A stretch of DNA of 64,000 nucleotides from Candidatus Poseidoniaceae archaeon (GCA_030747785.1 JASLKC010000026.1:4967-68966); one strand, 5' to 3'. Shown: positions 8,141 to 17,326, counted from the stretch's first letter. Made by a program: numbers and translations. Notes: generated by a model from the letters alone, not told the origin.

Positions 8141-8945
8141 GGGACTACTTTCTCACGTCCACAACAGGGGGCATGGATGTCAACACATCATCCTCATTGA
8201 TCCGGGTAAGCAAAGTGCAGAAGTTGCTGCAAAGCGAGCCGTTATTGCCGTTGAAACTGGTTCGAGAATGATATTCGTAGGAGGCTCAACAGATACCCCA
8301 GACGACGTAGTACATGAAACCTGTAAAGCGATTCAAGAAATTCTTGAACTCAAAACCTTTACAGCAAGCCAAGATCCAACAGCAGACGAAGATGTTTGGA
8401 AAGTTCCTGTAGTATTATTTCCAGGAGGGGCACACGCTCTTTCACCAGCAGCAGATGGGATTTTGTTCATGATGCTCATGAACTCAAAATCAAGGCGATT
8501 CCTCATCGGCGAACAACTTCGTGGTGCCCCAGCACTCAAGCAATACGGGGTCGAAACCATACCCACTGGTTACCTTGTATTCTCACCAGGTGGCAGGGTT
8601 GGAGAAGTAGGGGACGCAGATCTAGTGAATTCAGGGCAAGAAGAACTTGTGTATTCATATGCTTTAACAGCTAAAATGTATGGTTTTAATACCCTGTATT
8701 TAGAAGCGGGAAGTGGTTCTTCAACACAAGTAGATTCTAATTCTATTCAAGCAGCTAGACAAGTATCTGAACTTTGTCTAATAGTCGGAGGGGGAATCAG
8801 AAATGAAGAACAGGCCGCAAAGGCAGCAGCGGCCGGCGCAAACTGGGTAGTAACAGGGACGCTTACTGAAGATGCAACATCGGACGCCGAACTAAAATCA
8901 CGCCTTGAAGCCGTAATTAGAGGAATTCAATCCTCGTCATCGTAG
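8127..8945 (+). CDS. Geranylgeranylglyceryl phosphate synthase (GGGPS, PcrB family)
   Basis: Family motifs are present in the expected order: LIDPGK, MIFVGGS, VVLFPGG, ADGILFMMLMNS, LYLEAGSGS and LIVGGGIRN. The start is set at ATG 8127 (MTPDEG...), inside the longer tracked ORF. Confidence 0.85.
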   Translation: MTPDEGLLSHVHNRGHGCQHIILIDPGKQSAEVAAKRAVIAVETGSRMIFVGGSTDTPDDVVHETCKAIQEILELKTFTASQDPTADEDVWKVPVVLFPGGAHALSPAADGILFMMLMNSKSRRFLIGEQLRGAPALKQYGVETIPTGYLVFSPGGRVGEVGDADLVNSGQEELVYSYALTAKMYGFNTLYLEAGSGSSTQVDSNSIQAARQVSELCLIVGGGIRNEEQAAKAAAAGANWVVTGTLTEDATSDAELKSRLEAVIRGIQSSSS

Positions 8946-10216
8946 ACAATAGGGTCTCCAGAGCCACCAGGGGCGGGAGGGCGGCTTTCATCAACATCCA
9001 TACCCTTCGAAATTTCTTCAGTAGTAGTTTCTAAATCAACAGAACCACCCTTTGCTAAAGTATGCATATCATCAGAATCCGGCGCAGAAATCGTTCTTGA
9101 AACGTCAGGAGAGTTGGCGTAAATTTCCTTTTTCAATTCACGTTCATCATGGGTTCGAACCAGCGAAAGCGAATCAGCAAATACACGCCCGACCACTTCA
9201 CGGGTGCGCTCAGACCTTCGAACACCATCTAATTCAGTGACCGCGGTATTACGTTGTGATTCCAATTCACGAATCTCTGCTGTGCGATCAGTAAGTGCCG
9301 ATTCTAAATCAACAATGGTAAGCGACATCTGTTGAACACGCTCATCTCTTTCGAATACATCGTTGTGTAGGCGGCGCTCTCGTCGTCGTAATGATTCGTA
9401 TTCGCGATTTCTCTCAAGAAGGCGGCGCTTTAATTCCTCAATCTGCTCGACCAAGTAATCATGTTCTGCTGAAACAGAACGAGGACCTTGCATAACTCTC
9501 TCCAATTGTTCTTCAAGTTCTGCTAAACGACTATCACGTTGATCTAACAACCCTCTCAATCGATCAGCAATGTCACGAAGTCTCTGCCTTTCTTCTTCTA
9601 AAGCATTATTTGCAGCCTTTTCAGCATCAAGATCAGCCGAGAGGGCATCCGTTTGAGATTTCAACGCCCTTACTTCATCAGCAGTAACACTTGTCAATCC
9701 AGCATTAGCAGCCCGCTCTAAAGCCTCCACCATTTGAGAAATACGACCTTCCATTTCAGCAATGACATCGTCTTGTTGAACAGTTAATTCTCGAAGTTGG
9801 CCCGCCTCGGTTTCGAGAGCAGCCTTTTCTTCTGATGAAATCGAGGAGCGGTTGTCAGACAACTCTTGTCGAGTATCTTCCAGGAGCCTTTCCAAATGAA
9901 TAATTCTAGCACTACCCTCTTCTAATTCAGCACTTGCTTGCTGTAGTTGAGCAACCTCTGGAGCAACAGCATCTTTCCTCTCAGCAAGGTCGAGTTCAAG
10001 AACACGGAGCCTTTGCTTGGAAGTTACAAGGTCTTCATTCCTTTCAGCGAGCTCTTGCCAAGCCACCAAAACTTCTTCCACAAGTTGGTCAACCGGGTAA
10101 CCGCGAAGCATTCCTTCGAGCGCAGCGCGCTCATCTCCGGAAGAATCTCCGATGCGGCTGATACCACCTGGGTTCGAAGCGCCGAGCGTCATTACACGCA
10201 ATCGCACATCAACCAC
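8927..10216 (-). CDS. Long acidic coiled-coil protein (hypothetical)
   Basis: 429 aa. The sequence is dominated by heptad-like E/R/L/Q-rich stretches (LELDLAERKD, LEEERQRLRDIADRLRGLLDQRDSRLAELEEQLE) and ends in an acidic tail, DDED. The tracked start is GTG 10216. The first ATG is at 10192. Confidence 0.6.
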   Translation of the reverse strand: MVDVRLRVMTLGASNPGGISRIGDSSGDERAALEGMLRGYPVDQLVEEVLVAWQELAERNEDLVTSKQRLRVLELDLAERKDAVAPEVAQLQQASAELEEGSARIIHLERLLEDTRQELSDNRSSISSEEKAALETEAGQLRELTVQQDDVIAEMEGRISQMVEALERAANAGLTSVTADEVRALKSQTDALSADLDAEKAANNALEEERQRLRDIADRLRGLLDQRDSRLAELEEQLERVMQGPRSVSAEHDYLVEQIEELKRRLLERNREYESLRRRERRLHNDVFERDERVQQMSLTIVDLESALTDRTAEIRELESQRNTAVTELDGVRRSERTREVVGRVFADSLSLVRTHDERELKKEIYANSPDVSRTISAPDSDDMHTLAKGGSVDLETTTEEISKGMDVDESRPPAPGGSGDPIVYDDED

Positions 10217-10287
10217 ACTTCAACCTTTCATCTCCTGAAGGGCCCTACGGGCCCATTAAGCGACCCTTAGTTAAGTGCGGTATACTT

Positions 10288-13200
10288 CTAATCCAACCCA
10301 CCAATATCATCATCCCAAACAGAATCTGTTGGATCTATTAGTGGCGATGTTGCAATTACTTCAGACATCTGTTTTGAAAGGCGATTCATTCGGAAAAACC
10401 CAACAACGATTAGAGGTACAAATATTAACAGAGGAATTATCCACCACGGAAAAGACCCGTCAACTTCTAAACCGTTACAAATTCCATCTCGATCATCATC
10501 CTTCGGGGCGTCCGACGAATCATTCGGGTTTGTCCCACAATCAGATTCAATATCATCATTCCAACCATCATTATCATCATCAGGGTCATCTACATCACAC
10601 CATTTATCTAAATCAAAATCAACTGGCACACTCCCCCCATCTTCTTTATCAGTCCCACAAAACAATTCTTGTGAATTTGTCCATCCGTCTGAATCATTGT
10701 CATCAGTAGGGAATTCCGATGAATTCTTCGGATCTGTTCCATTTTCTACTTCAGCCATATCGGTTGATTGGTCACCATCATCATCAAAGTCTTCTATCAA
10801 ATTAGTTGTAGAATCTCCAAAAATTTCGTCAGGTTTACCATCATTATCAGTATCCATATAGGCCGATGGATCATTTGGAAACGCATCAGGGCCGGCATTA
10901 CAGATGAATTCTTCACGAATCGTTACATCAATGAAACCATCACAAGTACCATCACCATCGGTATCAGCAAATAGAGGACTCGATTGTGAAATCATTAAAC
11001 TTTCATTAACATCAGATAAACCATCTCCATCATCATCATCATCCTCGACCAAGGTTGTGTTATATCCACTTCGTATAATATCTGGATAACCATCTCCGTC
11101 AGTATCTGCATCTGCCGCAGGATCGGTTGGGAAATAATCGTAACCACTTGAACAAATATTGTTTTCTCCATAAGATACGTTGACTAACCCGTCACAGACC
11201 CCATCACCATCAGTATCGGCCAACAACGAATCTGTGCTTGGATTGGACGACTGCTCGTCATTATCTGATAAACCATCATTATCATCATCATCTTCAACTA
11301 AGAACAAAGGCGATAGTGCTCCAAAATCATCCGGCATTGAATCACCATCTGTATCCAACAAAACGTTGATTGGAACTGAAACCGAGACAGACTCTAAGCT
11401 AGTATTTGCCCAAATCATGACATTAATTTGATTTACAATTTGAGTTGGTGTTCCATATATTGTAAGATTAGATATTTCAAACATCAAGCCCGGCGGTAAG
11501 TCACCATCTAATTCCCATGTTCTCTGAGAGTCAAAAGGATGAGCGCCAATATAAATAAGTGAAATTGAGTCCATCGGTGTATTTTCAACAAGTATCAATT
11601 CCGATTGAGACATCACAATCCCAGGAGGGGGCTCTTGTATCTCGATAGTGATTACGTCTGAATCTGAACCTTCAGAGTTATTTGCCCATACAGTATACGA
11701 AATTTCAGATTGATTTACTGCTGGTGTGCCTGTAATTAGTCCATTATTAAAGAACAACCCGAGAGGTAACTGGGGAGATATTTCCCACGTTTCAATTAAA
11801 CCCCCGTTACTAATTGGACTCACATCGTCCATCCTAACGTATTGTGTAGCCACTATAGAAGAATCTTGATATACAATATTTGGTGGCTCTTCGGAGACAG
11901 TGATTGAGATATCAAATGAATAATTTCCTGCCGAACTATTACCCCAAATTGAATAAATTGTTGTGGGTTGATTCACAATTGGGGTACCACTAATTTTACC
12001 ATCATTAATATCAAAATTCAAACCTTCTGATAAATCAGGATCTATTTCCCAAGATTCAACAAATCCTCCTATATTCATGGGCGTTACATCTGGCATTTGA
12101 TGGAGGCGCATCAAATTGTAGACGGAGGGCTCATAACTGAACTCAGGAGCGCCGACAACCTCAATATTTACAGTTGCCGAAGCCGATTCGAGGCTTGAGT
12201 TTGCCCAAACCGTATATTGTGTAGCATTTTGAACAGCAAGAGGAGAGCCACTTATTTTACCATCAGTAGAATTAATTGAAAGCCCGAGGGGCAATGAAGG
12301 ATTTACACTCCAATCTACTTCAGAAACAAGTCCAGTTGAATTTTTTATGGAATGCAATTCATATCCATTGCCGGAGCCACCACCTCCTGCTTCAAAGTAA
12401 AGTGTGCCATCAATCATCGCCATTTCTGCATTATCAGGATGGGTCACACATGTAGTTGTATTAGATTGGCATAGTTTTGTAGTGCCATTATCGGTGCCGT
12501 CTGTCCTATACCAGTGCCTATCATTTGAAGATGGAGTATACAGTGAGGCGTACACATAAAGTCCAGAACTAATAATTGAAGTATGTTTTCCTTTCCACCC
12601 CGGTTTTACAAGACCCGGAGCAATGATTTGGGTTCCATTCAGCGTGCCATCACTTTTCCATAATTTGACACCAGTAATATTATTTCCATTACTATCAACT
12701 CCATTGGTCAAACCATCATCTGACCAAGCGTAAAAGTATAAATTTCCATCATGAGGGTGATATATTGCATTTTTCGGGCCGGAACTACGAGTAGTGTTAT
12801 CCGTTTTGTTTCCTGGCAAAAGGTCCATTTTTATGGTTCCATTTTCTGTACCATTAGTAAACCAAAGCTCTTGGCCAGTGTATTGGTCTCCAGATGCAAC
12901 AGTGCCTCCCACTGCTGAGAAAAATAGATTGCTACCGGCTGCCGCCAACATAGTAATCGAACCATATGATGTGCCATTTGACCCATCGGGCATCATCACT
13001 TCGTGTGTGCCATTCGTTGTTCCATCACTTACAAACAGTGTAAGTCCGTATTGGCCCCTTGCTTTAAAGTAAAATCTATCATCAGCTACTATCATTTCCC
13101 CCATACTATTTCCTGCCCCACCTGGTCGTACATCTTTGAACAACAGTGTGCCGTTCAAAGTACCATCTGTATACCAAATTTCTGAGCCATAAGTATTGTT

Positions 13201-13977
13201 CCATGCTCTGAAATATACTTTACCATCAAAAGAAATTGAATAAGCAACACCAGAACCAGAAGGGCCTGGCCTCAGATCCTTGAGCATATATGTCCCACTA
13301 GGTGTTCCATCACTTACCCACAACTCCCCTCCATGCATGTTATCACTTGCCTTGAAAATTAATTTGTTGCCAAGCACAGCCATATGTTCTATTCCAGAAC
13401 TACTTGTGTTGTGAATATCTTTGACAAGAACCGTACCGTTGGCAGTTCCATCTGATTTCCATAATTCTGTACCATGTATTCCATCATTAGCTTCGAAGAA
13501 GAGGATGTTGCCAACAACAACCCGATCATTTATTCCGCTACCAGAAGATCCAGGCCGTATATCTTTGACAAGTACTGTTCCGTTGGCCGTACCGTCTGTT
13601 TTCCATAATTCCTCACCATGAGTTCCATCATTTGCTGCAAAAAACAACTGATTTCCCACTATTGAAAATTCATCTGGATAAGAACTTGAAGAGCCGGGCC
13701 GTATGTCGGAAACCAATGACAAATTTTCAGGGATTACCACCTGTCCATCCGAAGAAGGGGAGTACGAAAATGTAACATCGGGCATTGGAGTATTATTGGC
13801 TAATCTAAGCGTGGTCAAAATTGGAGTAATCGATGGATTTGAAATAATGCCATTGGAATCACTATCAGAAATCTCAGACATTAACTCCTCATTTTCAACA
13901 AAGGAAATTTGTGTAGTTAACACTAAGATTATTACACAAATCAAAGGAGCCAGCGGCAACTTGTATCTACAGCCCAT
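10288..13977 (-). CDS. Giant anchored surface protein: ELWxxDGT beta-propeller repeats, Ig-like (cadherin/dystroglycan-type) domains, thrombospondin-type-3-like Ca-binding repeats and a C-terminal TM
   Basis: 1229 aa with an N-terminal signal-like helix. About 8 repeats of the G.ELW.[ST]DGT..GT..[VL]KD[IL]RPG type are present. Four modules carry ..DGKISGTP... then W[AG]N[ST]S. Many DTDGDG/DDDNDG Asp-rich loops follow. The C-terminal helix is WWIIPLLIFVPLIVVGFF. N-x-S/T sequons are numerous. Confidence 0.85.
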   Translation of the reverse strand: MGCRYKLPLAPLICVIILVLTTQISFVENEELMSEISDSDSNGIISNPSITPILTTLRLANNTPMPDVTFSYSPSSDGQVVIPENLSLVSDIRPGSSSSYPDEFSIVGNQLFFAANDGTHGEELWKTDGTANGTVLVKDIRPGSSGSGINDRVVVGNILFFEANDGIHGTELWKSDGTANGTVLVKDIHNTSSSGIEHMAVLGNKLIFKASDNMHGGELWVSDGTPSGTYMLKDLRPGPSGSGVAYSISFDGKVYFRAWNNTYGSEIWYTDGTLNGTLLFKDVRPGGAGNSMGEMIVADDRFYFKARGQYGLTLFVSDGTTNGTHEVMMPDGSNGTSYGSITMLAAAGSNLFFSAVGGTVASGDQYTGQELWFTNGTENGTIKMDLLPGNKTDNTTRSSGPKNAIYHPHDGNLYFYAWSDDGLTNGVDSNGNNITGVKLWKSDGTLNGTQIIAPGLVKPGWKGKHTSIISSGLYVYASLYTPSSNDRHWYRTDGTDNGTTKLCQSNTTTCVTHPDNAEMAMIDGTLYFEAGGGGSGNGYELHSIKNSTGLVSEVDWSVNPSLPLGLSINSTDGKISGSPLAVQNATQYTVWANSSLESASATVNIEVVGAPEFSYEPSVYNLMRLHQMPDVTPMNIGGFVESWEIDPDLSEGLNFDINDGKISGTPIVNQPTTIYSIWGNSSAGNYSFDISITVSEEPPNIVYQDSSIVATQYVRMDDVSPISNGGLIETWEISPQLPLGLFFNNGLITGTPAVNQSEISYTVWANNSEGSDSDVITIEIQEPPPGIVMSQSELILVENTPMDSISLIYIGAHPFDSQRTWELDGDLPPGLMFEISNLTIYGTPTQIVNQINVMIWANTSLESVSVSVPINVLLDTDGDSMPDDFGALSPLFLVEDDDDNDGLSDNDEQSSNPSTDSLLADTDGDGVCDGLVNVSYGENNICSSGYDYFPTDPAADADTDGDGYPDIIRSGYNTTLVEDDDDDGDGLSDVNESLMISQSSPLFADTDGDGTCDGFIDVTIREEFICNAGPDAFPNDPSAYMDTDNDGKPDEIFGDSTTNLIEDFDDDGDQSTDMAEVENGTDPKNSSEFPTDDNDSDGWTNSQELFCGTDKEDGGSVPVDFDLDKWCDVDDPDDDNDGWNDDIESDCGTNPNDSSDAPKDDDRDGICNGLEVDGSFPWWIIPLLIFVPLIVVGFFRMNRLSKQMSEVIATSPLIDPTDSVWDDDIGGLD
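10462..11358 (-). repeat. In-frame Asp-rich thrombospondin-type-3-like calcium-binding repeats with an ~85-aa super-repeat
   Basis: The block LVEDDDDNDGLSDNDE...ADTDGDGVCDG...C..G.D.FP.DP.A..DTDGDG.PD recurs about 2.5 times across residues ~874-1172. Confidence 0.7.
12343..13710 (-). repeat. In-frame ELWxxDGT-type propeller repeats (about 8 units, residues ~90-545 of the adhesin)
   Basis: The protein repeats read GEELWKTDGTANGTVLVKDIRPGSSGS, GTELWKSDGTANGTVLVKDIHN, GGELWVSDGTPSGTYMLKDLRPG, GSEIWYTDGTLNGTLLFKDVRPG, TLFVSDGTTNGT, QELWFTNGTENGT, VKLWKSDGTLNGT and RHWYRTDGTDNGT. Confidence 0.7.
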
Positions 13978-14078
13978 ATGGTTCGCTGCAAGTTCAAGTA
14001 TTTATGAAACTGGACCTTTCCAATAGGAAAAAATCTATTCTAAACCATTCCCGAAGGCATACGGCCCACAGAAAACCT

Positions 14079-15083
14079 TCAGTTAATAGCGGTATACTGC
14101 TCATCAGGCATCTCTTGAGCGAGAGCCATTGCGCCAGTTGCGACCTTCTCGATAGGGTCATCAACACAAGTAACAGTAACATCTCCAATGTCAGCGATTT
14201 CATGAGCCACTGCATCAGCAACACCTTCGATTAACGAGCCGCCACCAGATAGGATGATGTTGTTACGCAGAATAGGCTGATATTCGGGGTCAGCACTTGC
14301 AACAATCGATTTTACTGCAGCACCAACCTTGTTGATAATCAATCCACAAGCATCTTTCACTAGGTCTCCAATGTCGACAACTTGCTTCTTACCTTCAACA
14401 GATAACTCAACCATCTGTTCACGGTCATCGCCAGAAACGTATGAAAATTCTTCTTTCCACTTACGGACCATGTCCTTAGTGACTTGAGCCCCGGTGTACT
14501 TCTTTCGGATTAATTCAACTAATTGCCCATCGATCCAATCACCAGCTTCAGTGATAGTTAACTGGTCTTCCTCTGAGGGGAATGTTCCGTACAAACGAGC
14601 GATGTCTGTGGTGCCTGCACCAATGTCTACAACGATAGAACCCGAAATCTCTCCAATACCAAACGCAGTTGCAAAGGGCTCAGTAACAACCATAATCGCA
14701 TTGACTTGGCCGCGCAGAGTAGCAACTAGGTTACTCTTATCAGTGAATGAAACGTGTGACGGAGAGCAAATTACTCCAAATACTTCATCATACTCTTCGG
14801 GGTCAACAGTTTCGACTAAGTGAGTAACAAACGCCTTTGCAGCAGCAAGGTTTGCCTCATCATCTTGAGTTACCCCTGCCGCCATTGGGCGGTAAATATT
14901 GCAGGCGAGCTTATTCTTTAGCGCATCTGCGCCAAACAAGACATCTCTGCCAAGGAAATTTCGTGCAACTGGGTCTTTTGGACGACCAACAACAGTCTCA
15001 ATTGTTTCTAACGAGCCAGTGCTCGAAGCAATTGTTGATTGGTACGTTCCAAGATCGATTCCCACATAGAGTCGTTCTGCCAT
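14079..15083 (-). CDS. Actin-fold (ASKHA) cytoskeletal protein, MamK/MreB-like
   Basis: 334 aa. Phosphate-1 is VGIDLGTYQS, phosphate-2 is VVDIGAGTTDIA, and the adenosine motif is IILSGGGSLIEG. From memory it is collinear with MamK (VVG.PKD, DIGAGTTDI....G..P..EDQ.T.T.AG, PEYQ, VTCV.DP). AAGGTGA precedes the ATG. Confidence 0.85.
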   Translation of the reverse strand: MAERLYVGIDLGTYQSTIASSTGSLETIETVVGRPKDPVARNFLGRDVLFGADALKNKLACNIYRPMAAGVTQDDEANLAAAKAFVTHLVETVDPEEYDEVFGVICSPSHVSFTDKSNLVATLRGQVNAIMVVTEPFATAFGIGEISGSIVVDIGAGTTDIARLYGTFPSEEDQLTITEAGDWIDGQLVELIRKKYTGAQVTKDMVRKWKEEFSYVSGDDREQMVELSVEGKKQVVDIGDLVKDACGLIINKVGAAVKSIVASADPEYQPILRNNIILSGGGSLIEGVADAVAHEIADIGDVTVTCVDDPIEKVATGAMALAQEMPDEQYTAIN

Positions 15084-15157
15084 TTATCTCACCTTATGCC
15101 CCTAGGACATTGTGGCGACGAAGCCACTTGTCTTGAAGTTTCACTCGCGAGAAAAGT

Positions 15158-17326
15158 TCATTCTTCTTCCATAAAGGGCGGCGAAACCTCGCCAATATAT
15201 TTCCTTTCAAAACCACGAAACACGAAGCCTGCGGCAACAATTGCTCCAGTCACGAGTCCAAAAATACCCCACATTAAAGCCCTATTTTGGGAGACTTTAG
15301 ACCCGCTATCTCCGTCACTAAGATTTGAGTCGCCCCCATCTCCAATTAAAGCGGGGTTTTCCCACCAAATTGTGAATTCATCCGAGGACAAATTCGAAAT
15401 TAATGAATGGGTCCATTCTGATTCATTTTCATCGATTGCAATAATTTCTAAGCGCCAATCATGACGATTGATTTGGTAGATAACAAGGTCTTCTTCAACA
15501 ACGACAGTACATTGGTACATAGTTACATTTTCTATACGCCAAGCACAATCACCAAGATCAATCGTAAGATTGGGAGAAACTAAACGCATCACAACGTTGA
15601 CAGCATCCCCTTCTTCATCAGAAACACCAATCATTATCACAAGCTCATGTGTGTAGTTTCCACCAGAGGGATTGATGATAAATTGTATTTCAGGGGCACT
15701 ATTTTGGATGGCACATCCATCCGAATCAACCGGGGCCGAAGGAATAGTGGCAGCGCACAAATCAGCATGATTGGCAACACCATCGTTATCATCATCACCA
15801 TCTAGTCCAGTAAGAGAAAGCGCAAACCCAAGGCGATCACCTTCAATTCCAACAGTTCCAGGACTACTTCCTTGGCTGACATTAACAGCTACAACCTCGA
15901 CATCTAACCACTCAACCCCTTCTAATTGGTCCGCCGAAAGACGAATCATTACAGTGGTTTCATTTGAGGAATTCATTCCAAGGGGGGAGGTGACAGAGGA
16001 ATAGTATAGGGCGCTTGTACCCGAAGACCTTACTTCATCATCAACAGCAAACATCCCATTAGACGTACGGACAATCAATCTCAAATCATCTATTTCATAG
16101 GGTTGTGGTTTTGCATTGTAAGACATGGTTGCGACAAAATCACTTCCAGGCATTGGAATAACTCTGAACACCTCACTCTCTCCTTCAGAAAGGAAGGGGC
16201 CAGCAGCACCACTACCATTCCAAGGTGACGCCAATAACTCCTCATTCGTTGCGCCGCGCTGCGAAATAAAATCCGACCAACCATTCATTGCAAATGAATC
16301 ATACATCCAAACCTCATCTACTCGAGAAAAATTTGGTCTACCATATCCTTGAAATTCATCCGGACTATTTCCTGTAATTGGGTCTGCAGAAAGAGCGAGT
16401 AAAGATCTTAATTGAGCACCCGAAGGAGTAAACCCAGTCTCCACCTCCACCATTTCTTGTAATACTGCAGTAAAAGATGCAGCCATAGGGGCGGCCATCG
16501 AAGTACCAGTCATCGATCTGCTTTCATTATTCATTGAATCAATTATTCCGTCAGCACCAGCCGAAACAACATTCTGACCGGGAGCTGCGATGAATATACC
16601 CCGGCGCTCATCGGCATCGGGGCCATGTGAATTAGAAGACCACAAAGAAGCATTTTCATCATAATTAGTGGCGGCAACCGCCACAACATTACGGGCGTTT
16701 GCCGGTTCCATCATCTGATTACCATTATTTCCCGGTGCGACGAAAACTAACGACCATGGATTTTCCATCAACCACGTATCAACATCCAAACTTCTGTTAG
16801 TGTATTCGACAGAATCGTCACCCCACGACCAGGAATTGATGACAGCGCCATTATCCGATGCTTGAGATAACAAAACATCTACTTCGGGGGGATGCCATCC
16901 TGTTTGATTGACAATATCTTGTACTACCAACCGGGCACCACTAGAAAACGAATTCATCATACTTTCATTTCCATCTACGTGTGAACAGGCGAGAATGCCC
17001 GCCACATGTGTGCCGTGGCGGAATTGCTGGTGGCCCTGCGTATCCCATCCATCTATGGTATCATCAAGATAGACAATTTTTCTGTGTTCGGCCCCAGGTA
17101 TGCCAACAGAATCTGTAGAGTTTCTAAAACAGGCATGATCAAAATCGACCCCAGAATCCGCAACAGCAATAATAACATTATTGCCATTGTATTCGCTAGA
17201 CTGAACTCCATCGAGAACTCCATCGGCAAGGATGTCAGCAGAAGAAAACCCCCTCTCTGATGTTGAAGAAGCCGCAGTAAATGGTGCGAGAAGAAGCACC
17301 AAAACCAAAGCCCCCACTATACGCAT
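15158..17326 (-). CDS. Subtilisin-like serine protease (peptidase S8), secreted and C-terminally membrane anchored
   Basis: The Asp/His/Ser triad motifs are VAVADSGVDFDH, HGTHVAGILA and GTSMAAPMAA. The N-terminal signal peptide is MRIVGALVLVLLLAPFTAASS. There are extra C-terminal beta-rich domains with a DGDDDNDG loop. The final TM helix is MWGIFGLVTGAIVAAGFVF. Confidence 0.9.
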   Translation of the reverse strand: MRIVGALVLVLLLAPFTAASSTSERGFSSADILADGVLDGVQSSEYNGNNVIIAVADSGVDFDHACFRNSTDSVGIPGAEHRKIVYLDDTIDGWDTQGHQQFRHGTHVAGILACSHVDGNESMMNSFSSGARLVVQDIVNQTGWHPPEVDVLLSQASDNGAVINSWSWGDDSVEYTNRSLDVDTWLMENPWSLVFVAPGNNGNQMMEPANARNVVAVAATNYDENASLWSSNSHGPDADERRGIFIAAPGQNVVSAGADGIIDSMNNESRSMTGTSMAAPMAASFTAVLQEMVEVETGFTPSGAQLRSLLALSADPITGNSPDEFQGYGRPNFSRVDEVWMYDSFAMNGWSDFISQRGATNEELLASPWNGSGAAGPFLSEGESEVFRVIPMPGSDFVATMSYNAKPQPYEIDDLRLIVRTSNGMFAVDDEVRSSGTSALYYSSVTSPLGMNSSNETTVMIRLSADQLEGVEWLDVEVVAVNVSQGSSPGTVGIEGDRLGFALSLTGLDGDDDNDGVANHADLCAATIPSAPVDSDGCAIQNSAPEIQFIINPSGGNYTHELVIMIGVSDEEGDAVNVVMRLVSPNLTIDLGDCAWRIENVTMYQCTVVVEEDLVIYQINRHDWRLEIIAIDENESEWTHSLISNLSSDEFTIWWENPALIGDGGDSNLSDGDSGSKVSQNRALMWGIFGLVTGAIVAAGFVFRGFERKYIGEVSPPFMEEE

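Noticed and set aside
10275-10709. A His/Gln-rich 144-aa + strand ORF opposite the adhesin 3' end.
   Set aside because: It mirrors the GAT/GAC-rich Asp repeats of the adhesin (ATC/GTC read as His/Leu/Ile codons in the other frames). There is no independent support.
10462-11358. Highly repetitive DNA that could be mistaken for a CRISPR-like or satellite array.
   Set aside because: The repeats are in frame within a single long ORF and encode Asp-rich Ca-binding loops. There are no unique spacers of regular length and no cas genes.
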